Shown here one piece after another: positions 61,536 to 64,000 of a stretch of 64,000 nucleotides of DNA. The notes beneath the pieces were generated by a model. That model was not told where the DNA came from. It saw nothing but the letters and a program-made list of their open reading frames with translations, and did not search any database. Location: contig JAPUUO010000001.1 of NCBI GenBank assembly GCA_026967815.1, positions 4,034-68,033 on the forward strand. The letters are read 5' to 3'. This DNA comes from Candidatus Bathyarchaeota archaeon. GTDB taxonomy: Archaea > Thermoproteota > Bathyarchaeia > Bathyarchaeales > Bathyarchaeaceae. The translations under genes were made by a program, and so were the position numbers. Positions within the stretch are counted from its first letter, which is position 1, and each line of letters begins with the position of its first letter.

Positions 61536-61787
61536 ATGATGTCTTTGGACCAACTTTCATCAATAAAGGCATTCGCCGAAATCTACGGCATGACTGTGTA
61601 TAGAGGAGTTGGGTACCACGCGCATGAATACCAACTGCTAAAAGAGGTAGACGGGCGCAGCTTTCCCGTATGCCGATATATGGAACCTGCTATGCTTATA
61701 GCATGGATTGATGGTTACGAGGAGGGCAGAAAAGAGCAAACGCCCATCATCCCCAAGCGTGGGCGCAGGAAACAGTCATCGGATTAG
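61536..61787 (+). CDS. Hypothetical protein (possible recombination directionality factor by position only)
   Basis: 83-aa ORF convergent with the integrase. Confidence 0.3.
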   Translation: MMSLDQLSSIKAFAEIYGMTVYRGVGYHAHEYQLLKEVDGRSFPVCRYMEPAMLIAWIDGYEEGRKEQTPIIPKRGRRKQSSD

Positions 61788-61791
61788 TGCT

Positions 61792-63027
61792 TCATTTCGC
61801 CCACTCCGGTATCGGCATATCATCGTCGGGTGTCTCGTTAAGCGAGAAGTCTATAATCTTGCGGATTGCCAAATCAGCCTGAAAGCGCATTACTTTCATG
61901 TAGTTGAATATCGGCCGAGAGTTTGCATCCTTGATACTTTGTCCTATGGCATATTCAAGAACGTAAAGCGGTATCCCAAGCTGCTGACCGAACTGCACGA
62001 AAGTTTTTCGGGCGGAGTAAAACATCAGCTTTTTCTCAAAGCCCAAATCTTCGCCGATTTTATTCAGCCCTTTGGTCACAAAAGAGCGGAACTGCTCATA
62101 TTGGCTGTAATTGTAGCCGAATTCAAGCCTCCCATCTCTGGTGATGTATTTGTCGATGATTACTCGTGCTTCGGGCTGTATCGTCAAGGAAACGCCTTTC
62201 TCGCCCGTCTTTTTTGCCGCCGTCTTTTTGCGCACAAAGTTGATGGTATCACCGTCCAGCTTCGCATCCATAAGGTCGGTAAGGTTGATTCCGGCGAAGT
62301 AGAACGAGAGCATGAACAAATCCCTCGCGATGGTATGCCGACGCTCTGACACGCCTTTAAATTCCGCTTCACGCAACTTTCCCAACTCGTCTTTGCTTAT
62401 CCAAATCTCGCGAATGTTCTTCATCGGCATACGGTAGTTCGCGAATGGCGGTATTTTATATTCAACCGCGCCCGTCTTTACGGCGTGATTCAACAACGCC
62501 TTAAGATGTGTCATGCGGATGTTGATTGTAGTGTCAGACTGCCCTTTTTTTCGTAGGTGGTTTTCAAACAATTCAAGAGCGATATACGAGAAATCTTTCA
62601 ACCGCACGTTGTCGCCGAAACAGTCAAATATGGCCTTTACGGTATATCCCATGTTTTGAGCATAGGACTTCTGATTGTTTTCTTTAAGTCGGGCTATATA
62701 TTTTTCTGCAAGTGTCGTGAAACTTTCTTTGTCGGGCGTGGCGTCGCTTTCAAACCACTCTCTTATCTTGGATGCTGGCATGTTTTTAGGCGGGTCAAGT
62801 TCATCGAGCTTTGTTTGATAGGCACACAGCATCTGCGATAACTTGGCGTTAATCATTGCAGCTTGCGGATGCCGCACTACCTGGCCGCCGTTCCATTGCT
62901 TTTTTTCGACGGAGTATTGAGTAGCGATATAGGTTACACTTGTTCCATTGGTGATTTTAAATCGAATGGCAAATGTTCCGTCTTGCTTGGGACGGGAAGT
63001 GACGATACAAAGTGAGATTGTAGCCAT
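61792..63027 (-). CDS. int: Tyrosine integrase (Bacteroidota phage-integrase type)
   Basis: 411 aa. Has an N-terminal arm-binding-like domain (MATISLCIVTSRPKQDGTFAIRFKITNG), a SAM-like core and a C-terminal catalytic region ..YSARKTFVQFGQQLGIPLYVLEYAIGQS. Confidence 0.8.
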   Translation of the reverse strand: MATISLCIVTSRPKQDGTFAIRFKITNGTSVTYIATQYSVEKKQWNGGQVVRHPQAAMINAKLSQMLCAYQTKLDELDPPKNMPASKIREWFESDATPDKESFTTLAEKYIARLKENNQKSYAQNMGYTVKAIFDCFGDNVRLKDFSYIALELFENHLRKKGQSDTTINIRMTHLKALLNHAVKTGAVEYKIPPFANYRMPMKNIREIWISKDELGKLREAEFKGVSERRHTIARDLFMLSFYFAGINLTDLMDAKLDGDTINFVRKKTAAKKTGEKGVSLTIQPEARVIIDKYITRDGRLEFGYNYSQYEQFRSFVTKGLNKIGEDLGFEKKLMFYSARKTFVQFGQQLGIPLYVLEYAIGQSIKDANSRPIFNYMKVMRFQADLAIRKIIDFSLNETPDDDMPIPEWAK

Positions 63028-63061
63028 AATCTACCTAATGTTAAGACCTATTAAATTCATT

Positions 63062-63083
63062 AGCGTCAAAAGAGCGTCAAAAG
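63062..63083 (+). repeat. Tandem AGCGTCAAAAG x2 upstream of int (arm-type site candidate)
   Basis: Copies at 63062-63072 and 63073-63083. A degenerate third copy CTTCAAAAGTG lies at 63090-63100. Confidence 0.6.
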
Positions 63084-63209
63084 ATTTCTCTTCAAAAGTG
63101 AGGACATTTTTTGACATGGCCGCTATTTTACCGCAATTTTAACCAGTTTTAACAAAACAAAGAAACTCAGCCAATTTGCTAACTGACTGAATTTCTTTAT
63201 TTTAGCTTT

Positions 63210-63240
63210 TGAGCCGCAAGTCAGGCTCGAACTGACGACC
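63210..63240 (-). other. tRNA 3' fragment (T-arm + acceptor 3' strand): att core candidate
   Basis: Minus strand reads GGTCGTCAG-TTCGAGC-CTGAC-TTGCGGC-TCA. No matching 5' acceptor strand (GCCGCAA), D-arm or anticodon arm lies upstream. Confidence 0.6.
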
Positions 63241-63363
63241 TTTTCGTTACGAATGAAAAATTTAATACGTGTAAATTTCTAATTAACTGTAAATTATATC
63301 GTGCTAAAATGTGTTAAGTCAAAATTCAGTCAAAAAAAAGTGGCGTTTTGCCGGTTTTGCTGT

Positions 63364-63503
63364 TTTGCCAATTGAAATTAACAACTTATCTTTGTCTCCG
63401 TATCAAGGTCAACAATACGATAAAATACATACGGAAAGATTTACCCCCTTTCTGAATTGACGAATCGCACAGTTGACCCTTTGGTGCGATTCGTCTCTTT
63501 TTA
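63364..63503 (+). ncRNA. ~100-nt sRNA candidate with canonical promoter and strong terminator
   Basis: TTTG 63364-63367 - N19 - TATCTTTG 63387-63394. Hairpin CCGTAT/ATACGG 63398-63434. Terminator GACGAATCGCAC 63459-63470 / GTGCGATTCGTC 63484-63495 plus TCTTTTTA. There is no ATG in the transcript. Confidence 0.5.
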
Positions 63504-63660
63504 TCGCCCCAAGCGACCGAACTGCGGACGGGGATAGAGGGAGAAGAATCAAAGAGGCGGAAGCCGCCGGTGCTCCCAGCTGCCTTATAGCGTTTGATGG
63601 GCGAAATGCAGGCATGTTGGAGAGGAGCGGAATCAAAGGCCGCATTTTGAGTCCGTCTGA

Positions 63661-64000
63661 TTAGCTCTGGCTGTCCTCATCTTTGTTGTCTGCATCAAGC
63701 AGCCATTCCAGGACGCTCTCGACACGTACCTTCGTGCTCGGGTCGTCGATGCGCCTGACGGCTTCGGAAAGAAGCCTTATTGCTCCTTTCGCCGACTTGC
63801 ATTTGTCCGGGGCGTGGAGCTGCGGTTTCACGGTGTGCCCTTTCATCGCCTCTTTTGCCGCCTCTGTGCGCAGTTTGCGGACATACAGCAGCTCCATGAT
63901 GCGCTTGACGGTTTCAATGTCAGCAAGAGTATATCGGCGTTGGTTGCCGACGCGGGCGGGTTCAAGCTCGTCGAACTCCTTCTCCCAGTAGCGCAGGGTA
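63661..64000 (-). CDS. MerR-family transcriptional regulator (5' end beyond window)
   Basis: The reverse translation at the window edge reads YWEKEFDELEPARVGNQRRYTLADIETVKRIMELLYVRKL.., a MerR HTH signature. Confidence 0.7.
   Translation of the reverse strand, partial: TLRYWEKEFDELEPARVGNQRRYTLADIETVKRIMELLYVRKLRTEAAKEAMKGHTVKPQLHAPDKCKSAKGAIRLLSEAVRRIDDPSTKVRVESVLEWLLDADNKDEDSQS

Larger units (their letters stand above)
1..63240. mobile_element. Temperate tailed-phage genome / prophage segment (siphovirus-like, Bacteroidota-type host); left end beyond window
   Basis: Contiguous phage modules are present (replication, lysis, tape measure, tail, capsid, terminase, portal, fibre, primase-helicase, recombinases). 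The integrase is followed by a tRNA 3' fragment at 63210-63240. Promoters are TTTG-N19-21-TAnnTTTG type. Confidence 0.85.

Noticed and set aside
63190-63290. Complete tRNA gene next to the integrase
   Set aside because: Only the T-arm and acceptor 3' strand are present. The required GCCGCAA 5' strand, D-arm and a 5-bp anticodon stem cannot be found upstream.
63409-63991. ORFs 63409-63645 (-), 63473-63664 (+) and 63683-63991 (+)
   Set aside because: The first two span the sRNA terminator and the intergenic GC-rich stretch. The third is antisense to the MerR gene, whose HTH signature identifies the true frame.

Overview
The window is almost entirely one temperate, siphovirus-like phage or prophage of a Bacteroidota-type host. 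This is supported by TTTG/TAnnTTTG promoters, weak SD usage and a Bacteroidota-style tyrosine integrase. The left end of the element is not reached. Module order: (1) 1-5.1 kb, + strand early/replication genes with an iteron cluster inside a replication-initiator-like gene. (2) 5.15-25.3 kb, a long - strand late operon: HNH, Zn-ribbon, tRNA-Met(CAT), scaffold, capsid, connectors, major tail, G/GT chaperones, a 1879-aa tape measure, amidase, spanin-like genes, an IstA-like HTH gene and distal accessory genes. A + strand AT-rich membrane-protein cassette at 16.6-18.1 kb interrupts this operon. (3) 25.4-39.7 kb, a divergent + strand late operon: terL, portal and a 2884-aa fibre. (4) 39.8-56.0 kb, a - strand early operon: SSB-like DUF3127, DUF1064, two orphan methyltransferases, P4-type primase-helicase, YopX and many Cys-rich micro-ORFs. 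(5) A 1.35-kb repeat-dense non-coding control region at 56.0-57.36 kb. (6) 57.4-63.0 kb, accessory genes, a serine recombinase and the integrase, followed by a tRNA 3' fragment (att) at 63.21-63.24 kb. Beyond that lie an sRNA candidate and a partial MerR gene. The most unusual signals are: a six-copy, sense-oriented AGAGCC-N2-3-AGAGCC element sitting just downstream of promoters and fused to terminator hairpins; GGGGTCAA-type repeat arrays paired with an IstA-like HTH protein; a roughly 415-nt structured leader followed by three perfect 15-bp repeats; the opposite-strand membrane cassette inside the tail module; and five homing-endonuclease-like genes. All functional calls rest on reading the translations, motifs and gene position. 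No database search was run.
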